A stretch of DNA of 64,000 nucleotides from the NCBI GenBank assembly GCA_036867785.1, contig CP145409.1:1-64000 (forward strand), given 5' to 3'. The translations under genes were made by a program, and so were the position numbers. Every line of letters starts with the position of its first letter. The first letter of the stretch is position 1. A model generated the notes under the pieces. The model was not told where the DNA came from. It ran no database searches and saw only the letters and a list, made by a program, of their open reading frames with translations. Source of the DNA: Plasmodiophora brassicae (lineage: Eukaryota). Positions 45,926 to 60,211 of the stretch are shown here, one piece after another.

Positions 45926-46474
45926 CGTTGCTGGTAACCGAGGCGCACACACTGGCTCGAGACAGCGACCATGCGGTCGGTGATCCAGCCATACCCTTAC
46001 AAGAATGAAGCAGACGCGACCGATGCCCGTTGCCCAGCGTCGTCGTCGAACCAGGTACCCGTCGGTCACAAACCCAATGTCTGCAAAGCTTCAGGCGAAC
46101 ATCTACCGTTAGACAGCGCGCTCGAAAGCAGACCGGCGGCAGCGTTTACAAGGCGCAGCGCCCGAGGTCCGGATATCCTGGGCAGACCATCCATGAGTCC
46201 TTGGGACGTGAGAACTCATGCTCCTACGCAGCACGCGTTTGCTTCCTCATTGATACTGAACGTCGGCCCAGGGTTCCGACCGTATGAGATTGCCAGCGGA
46301 TTCGGTGATGGGCTGATGGCGCAGGCATCAACCTCGTATCGCGGATTTTGGGCCGGTTGTGCCTGCCAGGCAGGTGCTGAAGGGTGTCCAGAAAACTCCG
46401 CGCAGTTGCCTCAAATCCGTCGCGCGTCGCGTCCGTTTGGCATTGGAGCCGATCGCCGCACCGCTTCCGCCATC

Positions 46475-49400
46475 ATGGCCGCGGCGCCCGGCACGCTCCA
46501 GAAGCGCCCACTACGGGACCGGATCGCCGAGGCCACCGCCAACGCAAACTCCACTACCACGGCGAAGCCCATGCCGGCGATCACGACGACGGACCAATGC
46601 GCGGCGCATCTGCTGGGCGAGTTCGCCAAACTCGGCCATGCCGCTCAGGTCGTCAAACTGCTGCAATCGAGTAACCGGCCGGCCGTCGAAGCCATCGATT
46701 CCGCGTTCCTAACCGCCGTTGAGCACGGTCACGAGTCGATCGTGCACATCCTCGCGTCGCACATCTCGCCGATCGTCCGTCTCGCCCGGCACGGCGATCC
46801 GGCCACCGTCCTTGCCGCCCGATCCAACTCGGTCGCATGCCTGTCTGCCGTCGTTGAACGATGCGGTACCTCGGTTGATTTATGCAACGCGAATGGACGC
46901 ACGGCATTGCATATCGCCGCCGAACACGACTACGCCGATATCGCTCAGTGGCTGGTCGACCATGACGCGGACCTGAACGCCGCTGACAACGATGGTATGT
47001 TCACCCACGTCGCGCGCAGACGACGTTCGCTAACATTGTGTACGGCCTGTAGGTGTATGTCCACTGCATGTTGCGTCGATGAACAAACGGGAGCGCGTGC
47101 TGCGCATCCTGCTCGACAACGAGGCGTCTCTGTCGCTCCGGAACAAAGATGGTGCCACGCCGCTTGATGTCGCGTACGACTGCGAGGTGAGGAGGCGTTG
47201 TCCCTATCGTTGGTCGTGTCCCCTTGGTGTTGACGTTGTGCCTCTGCCCAGGTCGTGCGTATCGTTCTGAGTCACGCGGCGCGTTCCGGCCTGCACACCG
47301 AGGCGTCCGAGAGGATCGACTGCAGCGGGTTCGATCAGCTTCGCGCGGGACCTGTCGCTGTGCTGTTCTGGTCCGCGATCGGCGTCGGCCGTGACAATGC
47401 CATGTTTCAGCAGCTTGGCGTGTATCCGTTCGACCGGCTCAACGATACGGAACGCATCGTCGTGCTGACCGAGGTCTGCGAGCGCATCGCCGGGTATCGT
47501 CAGGACATCGACATCGACGTCCTCCGGGATTCCGCCCTGTTCGCCGTGTTCGCCATGATGAAGCTTCGCGTCAAGAAGGAGATCGATGCTGGTAACACGA
47601 AGTCGGCCTCGAGCCGGACCGATGATGACGAGCGACGGTACGGATGGCGTCGTAAGATCGTGGCCGCCTACGAACACCTGCTGGAATGCGATGCCGCTGA
47701 CGCTGGCCTGTCTGTGGAGTGCACCAAGCGGATCGTCTGGAGCACGATCGTGAATCTGCTGGCGCAGCACAGCGCGTTCGGATCGACGTTCTGGGACAAA
47801 CGCAGGGTCTTCAGCTGCGTTAACGTCCAGGAGCGCCCGAGGCTGCTGACCACCGGCGCCCCGGATAACTATTGGGCGTCGCGTCTGCCGACCACGTCGC
47901 AACTGTCGCAGGGCGTCGTCCAGCTGACGTTCAAGAAGCTGATGACCATGTCCAAGACGTTCCTCGCCGAGGAGTCGCTCGATTCGAACGGCTGCTTCTG
48001 CCAGGATTGCGTCGCCGAGCGCGAGGTCCCCCTGACGTTCAAGCTGCGGTTCCTGGATGAGACCGCCGAGTGCAAGCGCGACTTGAAGAAGGGTATCGTG
48101 AAGCGTACACCGTGCTGCGACGAGGACGCCCGCCTGTCGTCTGCTGCGGCGACACGGGAGCAGGTCGATGAACTGCTGCTGTCGCAGAACGGCGAGCTGT
48201 GCAAGTTCTGGTCGAACCTGACGACGGAAGAGAAGTGGGCGCTGACCGAGATGACGACAACGGAACTGGCCGATCTGATCGCGGAACCGGGGCCGTTCGA
48301 ATGGGAAACGCTTCGTGCAGCGCTGACGTCGTACACGCAGTACCAGTGGGAGGAGGACAGCCTCGAGATCAACGACGATTGCATAACGATCGCGGACGAG
48401 ATCAGCGAGACGAAGGACCTGAACGACCTCATCCACATCATGATCGAAGCGGCCGTTCGCATCCTGCGTGGCGAAGGTGCCGACGTGCCCGTCGTCCCTG
48501 TTCTGCCGCCGATCCCGTTGACGTGTTCGGCGCACGCTAGCGAATGTCTGCGGTGCGTTTCCGAGGAGGAATGGGACCGTCGAGGTCGTCAGCTTCTGGA
48601 GAACATCGTGCTGTGCGAGTTTGCGCGCCGCATCGCCGCCCAGTACCTGGTGAAGAAGGAGGAGAGTCGGGCGCAGCGGATTGCTCTCGAGCACGAGCTG
48701 GAACTGCTGCGCGAGGTCGAACAGCTCGAGCGGAAAGAGCGACGGAAGAAGGCGAAGTCAAGGAGGAAACGAGGGCGGCGAGCACAAACGCGTCCTGCAG
48801 TTGAGACGCCCCCTGAGACCCGTCCTGCTGCTGCTGCTGCTGCTCCTGCTGCTGCTGCGCCATCTTCGCCGTCGTCGGCGTCGACGCCGTCGTCGTCCTC
48901 ATCGTCGAGTGACGATGTTGACAGCGATGGAGAGGTCCCCATCGCCCTGCCTTCGTCGGTCCTGCTGCGCAGCAATCCGAAACAGCCAGCGCCCGCCAAG
49001 TCGTCGCGATCATCCGTCCGCCCGAGCGGTTCGTCGCCGGCGCCGTCTCCGTCGTATACGGGCGGGATGATGTTCATCTGCACGGACGACACGTACGATG
49101 AGTGCCAGGCCCTGGGCATCTTCGGGCTCCCGCGCCAACACCTGGCATCCGTCGTCGAGTGCCGTCCTGGTGGGTCCTGCGCGCTGTTCCTCTTCAACAT
49201 CACGACGCGGTACCTGTACGGCCTGTTCGAGCCCAGTGCGCCCGGCGCCGACCTTATCGATCCGACCGCATGGGCACGACCGCGAGGGGGGCCGACCCCG
49301 TTCCCGGCTCAGGTACGGTACAAGCAGGTCGGTCCGAAACGACCAGGCCTGCCCGAATCCGCCTTCCGACACATCTTCCCCGACGGCAACCGGATACGGA

Positions 49401-50431
49401 AACTGACCGGCGACGAGGTTCGCGACCTGCTCCAGACCTGGGACACTTTCGACCCCAGGAAGGATTCCAGCGCGGCGTCGTCTGCAGCGGCGTCGTCCAC
49501 GCCTGCCCAGCAGTCCAAGCGAGCATCCAGAGCGAGCAAGAAGCAGCAGCAGCAGCCACCCGTATCCTGCCAGCCGGCTGGTCAGCCGTCGAAATCGCAG
49601 TCCCAGCAGCAGCAGCAGCAGGTTCAGCCGCAGAAACGTCAGGTAGGTCAACAGCAGGCACAACCGCGACCAGCTGAACAACGATCGTCACCGCGGCGAC
49701 AACCACCCGACCCGCCGTCACAACCACGGCCAGAGTCGGTGCAGCAACCGCCATCGGCGCCGAAGCCGTCTGCGCCACTACCGGATCAACGACAGCAGCA
49801 GGAGCGGTCGCAACCGCGACCAGCACAGCACGGTCCTGCCGGTGTCGCCCCTCCCGTTGCCGCCCGTACTGCTCCCGCTGTTCCAGAGCGGAACCCGGTG
49901 CAACAGGATGCGGCACCGGTCGTCCAGGACCCCGCGTCGCATCTGTCGCCGCCTCCGTCGTCGTTACTGCCCTCGGTGTCGCTCCGGGCCGACGCCATAC
50001 CGATGGCCCCGTTTGCGTCTCGGCAGCAGCCGGTCCCCGCTGTCTCCATCCTGACACGGCCTGCACCGTTGCCGGCGATCGATCCTGGCGTCGTGTACCC
50101 GTCGCAGGGTCCGCCGCCTCCCGTCCCGCCGCCCAACGTCGCATTCGTGACGCCGTCGCCGATCCCCTGCGCCGACCCCATCTGGTCCACAGCGTCGTCG
50201 GCGCTGACATGGGACCGGACTGCATCGTCGTTGGCGCCGCCGCGGCCGTCGTCGGCGTCGGCGACGCCGCAGGCGTCCAGGTTTCAGCAGGCGCGACAGC
50301 AGCCGTTCGAGCGTGGCAATCGGCCGCCGATACGGGCGTCGTCCTCCGTGAACGGGCTGAACCTGTTCGGCGACTGGAACGGAATCTGGGGCACCCCGTC
50401 CCAGCAGCCGCCGACGTCGTCCATCTGGTAG
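46475..50431 (+). CDS. Ankyrin repeats, NST1-like/coiled-coil middle, DCD domain and low-complexity tail
   Basis: GRTALHIAAEHDYADIAQWLV and GATPLDVA ankyrins spliced to the 1058-aa ORF. DCD motif GGMMFICTDDTYDEC..FGLP..LFLFN..LYGLFE..IDPTAW..FPAQVR. Confidence 0.8.
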
Positions 50432-50542
50432 CGGGCGACCTGCCCCGCCCGCCGACGACTGCACTAAACCGCACCGATCGCATTGTTAACGTACCAGGTG
50501 TCGTGTATGTCGGCTGGCAGTGAACGTTCGGATAGGTCAGGG

Positions 50543-51470
50543 TCAGAAGCGGACGGCCGCATGGAAGAACTCGTGGTCCGGGTACGACTTCCGGAGCTCG
50601 TCGACCAGCTTGCCGCGAATTTCCGACCCCTTGGGGACGGCGTCGTCCAGGTGCGTCAGGCAGACGATCGAGTTGACGAGCGTTGCGGACGACGGCGTCA
50701 TCTCCTGCGATCGTGCCAGGGCGCGCGCCTTCTTCAGGCTCTTGAGCGCGTCGGCGAACTCGCCCCGTTTCATGAGCAGCGCCGCCTGCAGTTCGAGCAG
50801 GTAGACGGTGTCGCCGAATCGTTGCAGCAGGTCGGATACGAGCTCCAATGCAGCCGCCGCTTTCTCAGCACCGGGGCTGGCCATTGCTAAACGGCGCTGT
50901 TAGACGCGACTCGTGTGCACACAACGGGGGAGGAGACTCCGATTCCCGACCTAACGTAGCCGTGCTGATCACGGTCAACACGTCATCCTCATCGAGCTTG
51001 GTCATGCGAGCGACCTGTTTCTCGGCAAGGTCGACGCGGTCGATCTTGGCGTAGATCTGGGCGGCGACGGCGAGCTCCTCCAGCGCATCGCCTTTGTGGA
51101 CCAGGTTCAGCGCGGCTTTGTAGTTGCCGACCTCCTGGTAGACCAATCCGATCAGCAAACGCGACACCGGGTCGCCCATGATTTCGCTGTCGTGCTCGGC
51201 GCAGATCCGGTCGAGCGCGTCCATGACGCCCTCCGACCGGGACCCGAGCAGGCGCAGGGCCTGCATGGCGGGCGACGACACGTCGACATGGCCGGGATAC
51301 GCGTGGCCCAGGGCCAGGTGCGCGCGCACCTCGAACGACTGCGCCAGAAGGCGCAGTGTCGGCGTGTCGGCTATGACAGTGCCCGCCTCCTGCAGCGCCC
51401 TGCCGAACGCGCCGACATAGAAGTAGGAGCGCAGCGAGAACAGCTCCTCGGGCTCGTACTCCGAAGACAT
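50543..51470 (-). CDS. COPE: Coatomer subunit epsilon
   Basis: ELFSLRSYFYVGAF, ALEELAVAAQIYAKIDRVDLAEKQVARM..DEDDVLT, TLVNSIV..PDHEF. Confidence 0.88.
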
Positions 51471-51695
51471 TCTTGCGCCTTCGACAGAGCGGCGCGGCGC
51501 GGTGCAATCGCCCCGCCACGTTTTTGGCCGGGGCAACACGTTTTCCGCCGCCGCCACCGCGCGCCCCTCACTTGCGGGACACTTCGTTCGCCAGTCCTGT
51601 TGGTCACACCCTCCATACGTTGCCGGGTTACGAGGCACAATTGGCCTGGTGTATATGCGACCATGGACAGCCGGTGGGGCAAGCAGGATGGCCGG

Positions 51696-53771
51696 TTACT
51701 GGACGGCGACGGAGCGGCGCATACTAGGCGTGCGGGATCGGGCCTGGCGGATCCACTGGCGGATGCTGGCGCGATGGATGCGCCGTGCCTCCTGGACGGG
51801 TGCGCCATCGGACTGCGGTGCAACGCCTCAGCGATACGGTCGCGTCTCACAGGGGGGGCGGGCAATACCGCATCGGAAGCTCGCAGGTCCAGATGATGTG
51901 CCGCACCGGGGATCTGAATCGTCACGATGGACGGGTTGCCGGATGACAGCACACCGCCCCCGCTCCAGGGGTCTGCCGCGACAGTATCAGGACTAGTACG
52001 ACTCGGTGCCCGTTTCAACGTTGTGGGCACGAACGAACGCCTGCCGCCTTACCCAGGACGCCGTTGCTGAAGACGATATTGCTGGCCGTCTCGAGCCGGT
52101 TGCCACCGAACTCCCGTACTGCATAGGTCGCGTCGGGCGTGACGGAGAACCGTTGCTGGCACGCCTGAACAGGGGATCGTCAGCAACGGGAGGTGCACAC
52201 CCGGCGATCAGGGGCGCGACAGGACCAGCGAATACGCGTCAAAGTCCCACGGTTGCGGCGGGAACATCGACGCCGGCCCGGAAGACATGGGCATGACCTG
52301 TCGTCACCACAGCAGCTGGTTAGACGCTGGCGATCCGCACCGTTGCCCATGGAACCATCGAAGTGCACGCAAGGTAGTCCCATCCCTGCTCGTCCAGCGA
52401 CGGCGATGAGTCGACGTCGATGTCGTTGCACGGGCCCGCATTGCCTAGCGTGGGCATGTCAGCGATGCGATTCCCCTGCAGCGCGTACCGGGAAACGTGC
52501 CCGTGCTGTTGAAGTACACGCTCACGCCCGCAACGAAGCACGACAGCGGGTCGTCGTCACACCCGTCGCCCATGATCGCGTCGCACGTCGCGTTGACCGG
52601 CCAGGCAGGCAACGGCTGCGAACGTTCCCCTCAGCGGACCGAACAGCAATGGATACGCGGGGACCCGTCCCCCGACCTGGACGAAGCTGGCCTCGGTCGG
52701 GTAGTCAACCATCGCCTCGTACCTATATGGCGCATGTCAGCCGTTGTCGAACGCGACGCGCCCAGTTGCCCGGGGCATACGCGAGCCCATTGCTGATCCA
52801 GTCAACGAGTTGCTGGCGTCCCGGCAGCGGTTTGCACAAGCGGAACGCCGTCTCGAGGGTGCCGGTCGGCGTCCGTTCGATCCGTTCGAACGCGGAACGG
52901 ATCGCGTGCGAGCACCCCGCCCGGGACGACTCGAACGTTCGGGTGACGATGTCGTTGAACGTGTCCGACGGCGTGATCCCCGTGAACTGGAGGATCGGGG
53001 CCGATGCCGCAATGGCACCGTCCACGACGCCGGGGTACTTGATGCGAAACCAGGCGCTCAGCATGCCCCCGTACGACCCGCCGAATGCAATGACGGGCGC
53101 GTCCGGCACCGCCCGCGACGCCTTGAAGCGGTCGACGACGACGGCGTAATCCGACAGGGCCTGCTGCACGCTCAGGAACCCTATGGCGCGCGTTCCGATT
53201 AGCACAACGCCATGCATCATCGGCAGGCGAACGGGCGACGCTGACCGAGGTCGGCGTCCGGCGTCGACCTGCCAAAGTACCGGTGCTCGGCGAACACGAG
53301 CGCGGCGCCGAATTCGCTGGCCGCCTCGCACATGAACCTGCGATGGATATGTTGGTACCGGTCAGAGGCAGCGCGACCGGCATTGCCCGCCTGGCGACAC
53401 AGGTATCATCGTCGGGTGGACGGCGCCGTACCCGGTGTTGTTGGCGAACAACGTGATGTCGCCCTCGTTCCCGGTGTAGAAGAAGATCACAGGCGCCCGC
53501 CAGTCGACGGTATCGGTGTTGACCAGCACCCGCTGCTGGAACGTGCGGGTGTCCTTGAAGTCGTAGTGGTCCAGCGGCTGGCCCACGTTCAGCGAGCGAA
53601 CGGCGCAGGCGCGGCGGTCCATACCTGTCGGTACCATTCCTCGTGGAACAGCCTGCCGCACAGCAACCAGGTCGGATCGTTCGCCGCCGACGCTGGCGGA
53701 ACGGGGAACCGAACCGCCGCCGCGCCCAGGGCGGCGGTCAGCATGCAGATCGCTGCCGTCGTCGGTCGCAT
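51696..53771 (-). CDS. PRCP: Lysosomal Pro-X carboxypeptidase (peptidase S28), multi-exon
   Basis: Signal peptide; QPLDHY, FFYTGNEGDI, FAEHRYFG, GGSYGGML..KYP..GAIAASAP, DPWSGGGV, GAAHHLDLR. Confidence 0.92.
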
Positions 53772-53888
53772 CGGGTGGGGCCGACTGAAGCGTCACGTCA
53801 CTCACGTCCGGCACCGGGCGGCAAGAATAGGGCGTGGCCCACCACCACCAAGGTGTGCCCCTACCGTCGTCGTCGTCGTTGCCGGACG

Positions 53889-54661
53889 TCACGATCTGCT
53901 GGGTTTATTGATGGACGTGACCAGGCCGGCGAGGACGGGGCCGGCGGCCGCCGCCGGGTTGGATCGGTGCAGCAGGCCGGTGACGACGGCGCACCATGGC
54001 GCGTATCGGGTCGGCGTCCAGGACGCCATGCCGACGTAGAACATGAACGAGTTGATCTGGTGCAGGCGCCCGCGGGGCACGAGCCTGGGCAGGATGCAGG
54101 CGGCCGGCACGCACGCCAGGTACTGCTGGATCCAGTACCGCCATCGGACGCCGCATGCGCGCGTCAGGAAACAGGTCGTGGCCCGGTACGCTTGGATGTT
54201 GGCCGTCAGGGCGAGCGCGCTCCAGAACGCGTCCCGAATAACGCGACCGACCCGTCTGACGCTGTACCGACCGCCAAACAGCATCTGCACGGTGAAGATC
54301 TTGAGGTACATGACGAACAGGAGGCGGGCGGCGCGCACGAAGTTGGGCAGCAGGGCCTGCAGGCAGGCGTCGGTTTCCGGGTGCATCACGCGACAGGGCG
54401 ACGGGTCTGTGTCGGATGTGCCCCACGGCTGCGTCACGACGTAGGTGGGCGAGACGAGCCCGGCCATGAGCGTGCGGAACCCGCCGACCGGCCGCCCCGA
54501 CAGGCGTACCAGCTGCGTGATGACGATGGGCCCAATGACGAACCCTTGCAGGTTGGCAGCAGACAGCGGGATGGACGGATGCGCCCTCTGGAAGACCGTG
54601 TGCCACATGGCGACGATGGCCACCTGGCGCCAGTCCACATTGGGCACCCGCATCATCAGCA
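53889..54661 (-). CDS. TMEM135-like membrane protein (tentative)
   Basis: PCRVMHP..C..F..A..MY pattern with several hydrophobic segments. Start uncertain. Confidence 0.5.
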
Positions 54662-54881
54662 TGGCGGTGGGCAATCGATCGCCCACTGGACCCGTGTCCT
54701 CTACCTACTGGAACACGGACGAGGGCTCTGTCCAGCGGGCGCAGTCAGTGCCAGGACCATCGGGACAGGTCACGCGGGTGTGCCATCAGCAGACGCGCCT
54801 GTCAGACTGGTCGCTCAGAGTACTATACTGTATGGCATAGTAGGGGCGAGGTTCGATCATTTATGAAACGCATGCCACGCG

Positions 54882-56076
54882 TCATACTGCATTGTCGGGA
54901 GCGGTCTCGCCGCCGGGCGTGTCGGTGGTGCCGTCGTCGTCGAGTTTGTCGGTGTCCGGCTCGTTGAATCGCCGGCGGACGCTGCCCACGAGCATGAAGG
55001 CCAGGTAGACGATGGTCAGGACAAGCAGCGTGCCGCCCACTGAATCCCATGTGCGACGCGCCTCCTTCCCTAGGACAAGAACGGAGCAGTCAGTACGTAC
55101 GTCTGGATGGGCCAGCGTCATCACGCGCGTGACATACAGAACGACTGGTCGTACGGGGCCGTCCCCCTGACCAGCGTGTAGAACATGTTCACTGCAAACG
55201 ACTTAGTGGAACCGCTGCCGAGCGGACAACGCTGCCACAGTACCTGGCATGTAGCAAAGTATGGGGACGAATGCCAGGAACGCGTGAGACCATTCCAGAC
55301 GGATCTTGTTCAACAGGACGTACTCGACAAGGATGACCAGCGACTGCAGACCGTGCACGTTGACTAGGAAGGGCCATAGTCATCGTCACGCCTAGCCGAG
55401 GGGCAATGCCGAACGTGTTTACCGCAGATGAACAGGGCGTGGACACGCCCAAGCTCGCTGGGCTCCTCCCTGATCGACTTGCGGATGGCATCCATCCAGA
55501 AGGCGATCGTGACGAATTGCGACAGGAACAGGGAGATGATATAGATCGTATAGGTGACCGTCCCGTGGTACGACTCGACGATGGTGGCCGAGTCCGCCCA
55601 GTCCGACAGCGGGTTGCCGGCCAGGTTTGCCGCCAGGCGGTACCCGGATGCCAGCATCGACAGCAGGAAATGCAGCCAGACGAAGGAGAAGCACCAGTTC
55701 GTGACTGGCCCCATAGTCAGCAACACTGTCCGCTGGCGCGGTCCATCGCGGGGCACCTACGGTACATGTAATAGTCGACGGGGCTGGTGATGTTCCACTC
55801 CTTCTCCGCACTCGTCTGGAAGAACTGGTACATTTGCATGCCGGTCGCCCAGCTGATGTACAGCAGGACGGAGAGCCTCCACCGGAACAGTGCCCGATCC
55901 GACAGGTAGTACGACGTTACCAGGTTGACGGCTTTGACGTCCGGGTACCTCATGAAGCGGACTAGGCAGTTGTTCACCTTCACGGGCCGCACCGTGGTCC
56001 CGCCGACTTCCACCGGCCCGGGACCACTGGTGATGTCCTCTACACCGTCATGTGCGCTCGCACTGTCGCTGGCCAT
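54882..56076 (-). CDS. Multi-pass membrane protein (rolling-stone-like, tentative), multi-exon
   Basis: TSYYLS..LFRWRL..Y..TNWCF..QFVTIAFW..HAL pattern, with TM segments across four or more exons. Confidence 0.6.
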
Positions 56077-56349
56077 CGACGGGTGGCAGCCCTCCCACAG
56101 ACCGATCTGAGCGCACGTGCGTCGGGCACCGAGCAAGCGCGTCTCAGAATAGCGGACTACCAGGCGGCGGCCGCCGCATTGACGGCATTGACCGCCACGG
56201 GCCACCGCAGTTGGTCACCGAACGTCGCCTTGACGGCGGTGACCTACGGAAATAGACCACTGCCCGGGAATAGGTACATAGCCTCGTCCGTTTGTCGGTC
56301 GGGTCGTCCATCCTGCGTCGTGCATAATGAAACTGTATTACGGTTATGT

Positions 56350-57618
56350 TCAAGGGCCGGCATGGCCATCGATGCGGGAGGCGATCATGTCGGTCATCGT
56401 GGGCGTGCAGGCGCGATTGCCCAAGGCAGCTACCCGGGCCAGGGCGGTGCAGGCCTCCACTGGTTCGTGCTGGCAAGCGGCAACAAGCATGTCGTCGATA
56501 TCGTCGCTGCGTACGTAGTAGCCGCTGGCCCATTCCTGTAGGTTGCAGTACTGTCTGGCGGCCTCCAACGCGTTGCAGGAGTCTCCCGTGTACTAGCAAA
56601 CATGGACGCACATCAGTATTCTGTGGCCACGACAGCAATAACAGGCTCGACTTGACGTCCTACCAGGTAGTGATGCCACAGCAAGCGCAGGACGATGCTG
56701 GAGGCCCTGCTATCGTCGGCGAATCGGCCAAGAACGACCTCCAGGTCCTGTTGGTATTCGCGGAGCCATCCACGCGCGTTGTATGCCGGACGCATGGGAC
56801 CGAAGCACGATGCCAGGCGCACGCCGATGGAATCGGGTACCCATTCATCCGGGGGCGGGCAGTATTGCCAATCGACCAGGCCGCCAACGCGTAGCCCCCG
56901 CTTCATCAGATCAGCGCCATCGTCCAGCTGCCCGCGTATCGCGTGAAGCATGCCGAGCCTGCAGAGCGTCAGGGCACGCGGGACGGTTCCTGGTGACCCG
57001 CAGTGCAGCACACGTTGCAGGACTGATACGGCTTCATCGGTCCGTCCAGCGCGTTCAAAACAGGCGCCAATCAGCTCAAGGGCCTGCCGCCTCGTCCACG
57101 TATCGCCCACGTCGTCCTCGTCCGCATCGAGCAATGCCAGCGCATTACGAATCGTTTCGAGAAGGGCGCCGTTCTGGTGGGCGATGCCGCCCTGGCCGTC
57201 AAGGTACGCGGCCCAGGCGATGGCTCTGGCGAGCTCGGCGGAATGGGACGGCCCCGCATCGGCCAGGACGTCTTTCAACCTCCCGACGGCGTATCGCATT
57301 CGGGCAGGATCCCCTTTCATGCGAATGGCAGCGCTGTTCCATAGCTGGACGCGATCATGCCACGCATTCTGCTAAGAACATTAGGGCGTTGCTCGTATCG
57401 ACGACCGATGCGAACACCTTGGCCCCGTGCTTGGCGTCGATGCGGTCGCACGCGATGAGATAGTCGTTGCGAAGGGGTTCGCCACCCGCTCCACCGCCGT
57501 CGACGAACCTGCTATCACTGGACAGGAAGGCGGCTTGTCCCCAGGCGCCCCGAAACACAGGCAACCTAGTCTGCAACGGTACACGCCACAACCCGCGTCC
57601 GGCCGCCCTCAACGCCAT
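56350..57618 (-). CDS. TPR-like hypothetical protein (boundaries uncertain)
   Basis: ALELIGACFERAGRTDEAVSVLQRVL and TLCRLGMLHAIRGQLDDGADLMKRGL TPR-like helices. Confidence 0.5.
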
Positions 57619-57814
57619 CCTGGGACGGAATCGGGCAACGTCCTCTCCAGTTCAGGGACAAGTTACCGGCGACGGGTCCTCCATTTACGTTTCACCCAAT
57701 AATGACGCGCCCTCTCAGAGGAAGCATTTGCAAGACGACAGGGCGGCAAGCCTAGGGCGACAGCATAACGAATCCAACAGGGGCACCTCGGCAGATTTGC
57801 AGTATGATTCTTAG

Positions 57815-59996
57815 TCAGGCTGGAGGGAGCGGGGCGCTGAGCGGGATACGATTAGGCGTTACGTGGGCGGGATCAGGAAGGACCTTGTACGGGTTCAGGA
57901 TGCCATTGGGATCGAACATGGACTTGATGGACTGCATGGCGTGGATGCTGGCCGCACATTTGGAGTACCCGATGCAGTTCGCTTTCATCAGCCCCAAGCC
58001 TGCTACGCGTTCATACTCGACTCGTATTTGGAGGCACAAGCCACCCGACCGTGCTCAGCGCTGACGCTGCCTTTCAGCGACGATGTAACCTCGTACACGT
58101 AGGGTTCAATCAGGCGCTGCACGTCCGGGCTGTAGGTCTGGCTGACAATGTTCAGGTGCAAGTTGGAATCGCCAAGGTGCCCATAGCCGCAGACGTGCTG
58201 CTCGTCAATAACTCCTGATAGCCTGCGAGAATGCCGTCAGATACAATCCTGTTATTTCCGAATGCGTCCAATTAACGCACCGCTGTCGCATGTCGGTGAC
58301 GACGTCATACATTCTGGTGACAGGAACGGAGACGTCGTACTTGAACACGCACCCTTCTTTCGTTAGACACTCCGTAATGGACTCTCTGAACTTCCACAGA
58401 GATTCGAACTGGGCTTTATCCTGCGCCGCGTTCCGGGTGCGGTAAGTCACGCAACCGTCTTCTGCCCAGACATCAATCACGAACCTGAGCGATTGTGCCG
58501 TCCATAACTAGGGAGCGATCCATGAGGTCGGACAAAAGGTCGCCGACTCGTGTTGAATCGCTCTCCTCACAGAACCCGGAAGCCTCGAGAAGCTGAACGA
58601 GGAGCAGTATCGGTACAAAGCGCGGCATCTGCCACTCCCCAACGTACCATGTAGAACGGGTACGAACGCTCAAGTGGGTCATGGGCACCAGGCAAATGCT
58701 TCAGTACCATATCAAACGACGCTCGGTCCTGGAAGCAACGAAAGGATCATGTGTCAATTCGGCAGTCGTGTTACATTTCCGACGGGACATACCTCGAACT
58801 CAATTGCTGACAGAATTTCGCCGAGCTCGGCACGAGTGCGCTTCAAGACCTCAAGGACCTTCAAACGGCATCCGTCAGGACACGGAGCGGAACTGTGTTC
58901 TGCCCAGCACGCCCGACCTTGGCGAAACTCTCAACGCCAACGAAGGCCAGCTGTGCCGTCGTGGGCCGACGGGGCACCAGGATGGCAACCTTGGTAATCA
59001 CACCTAGGGTGCCTTCGCTGCCAATCATCAGCTGCTTCAGGTCGAACCCTGGCACAAAGCAGCATTAGCCAGGTTAACCCGAACATCAAAGAACGGCGTA
59101 GGCAACCGGTGTTATCTTTACGTAGCTTGCTCATCGTATCGACAACGGTACCGTCGGGAAGCACAAACTCGACGCCGAGAACGTTGCCCCGCAGTGACCC
59201 ATACCGGAGCAATCGAATCCTACGATCAGCAACGGTAGGTACCCGCCCAGGCAAACAATCGACGGCCGCGACAGACCCCACCCGCCAGCGTTCGTTGCCA
59301 GATTTCCGCCAATATGGCAGGATCCTTTGGCGCCCAGATCGAGCGGCATTGTAAATCCCGACTTCGCAAGATGCCTGTCCAGCGTCTCCAGTACACATCC
59401 GGCCTCGCAAACGAGAACCTGCCCGCCGCTACACAGTAAGCATCGCTTTCCGGCTGCCATCCGCGGTATGGGGCCGCACCTGAGAGGCATCATCGACCTC
59501 AATGATGCGGTTCATGCGGTTCAGGGAGAGGACGATCTCGTCGAACACTGGGACGGATCCGCCAACGAGGCCAGTGTTGCCACCCTGGGGCACAACTGCC
59601 AGCCGCCGCCCATTACAATAGCGGAGGATTTGCGAAACCTGCCATAGTCGTAAACAGATCAGGGACGATCGTCGCGGAAGACGCCCGTACCTGGTCGGTG
59701 GACGACGGGCGCAGGACCAGTTGCCCGCTGCCTTTGTATTTCCGCTACGACGACAGCCAGCTCGTCAAATAGCGGCTGGGTTGACAGGCCACCGGGCATC
59801 ACGTTACGAGCCAGTCCTGATTGTAGGCGGCAACCTCATCGGCGTCGCGGACGACGCCGTCGTCGCCGCAGATGCCGACGAACGCGGCCAGGTCGGCATC
59901 GGTCACCGTGCCGAGGTCCGTGCGACGCGACACCGTCACGGTCGACGTCGCCAGGCCACGCCGGGCCGCGGCCGCCCTCAGGAGACGCGTCGACAT
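57815..59996 (-). CDS. D2HGDH: D-2-hydroxyglutarate dehydrogenase, mitochondrial (multi-exon)
   Basis: Presequence; [88 protein letters not shown]. Confidence 0.95.
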
Positions 59997-60211
59997 TGGC
60001 GACACGCGCATTGCCCCAGAAGCAACGCTGCTGTGGACGCGAGGGGGCGTCCCGCGTTTTTTGAACTATTAATGTCCGAACTCGAATGCTACATGGGCGA
60101 ATGGGGCGTGTGGACGTTTTTTCAGAGCGGGGTGTCGACTCGCCCGGCGGCTGTTCCTCCGAGGGTGTCCGCGTCGCTGTGCCGAACAAATCGTCCGGTT
60201 GGCGCACCCGT

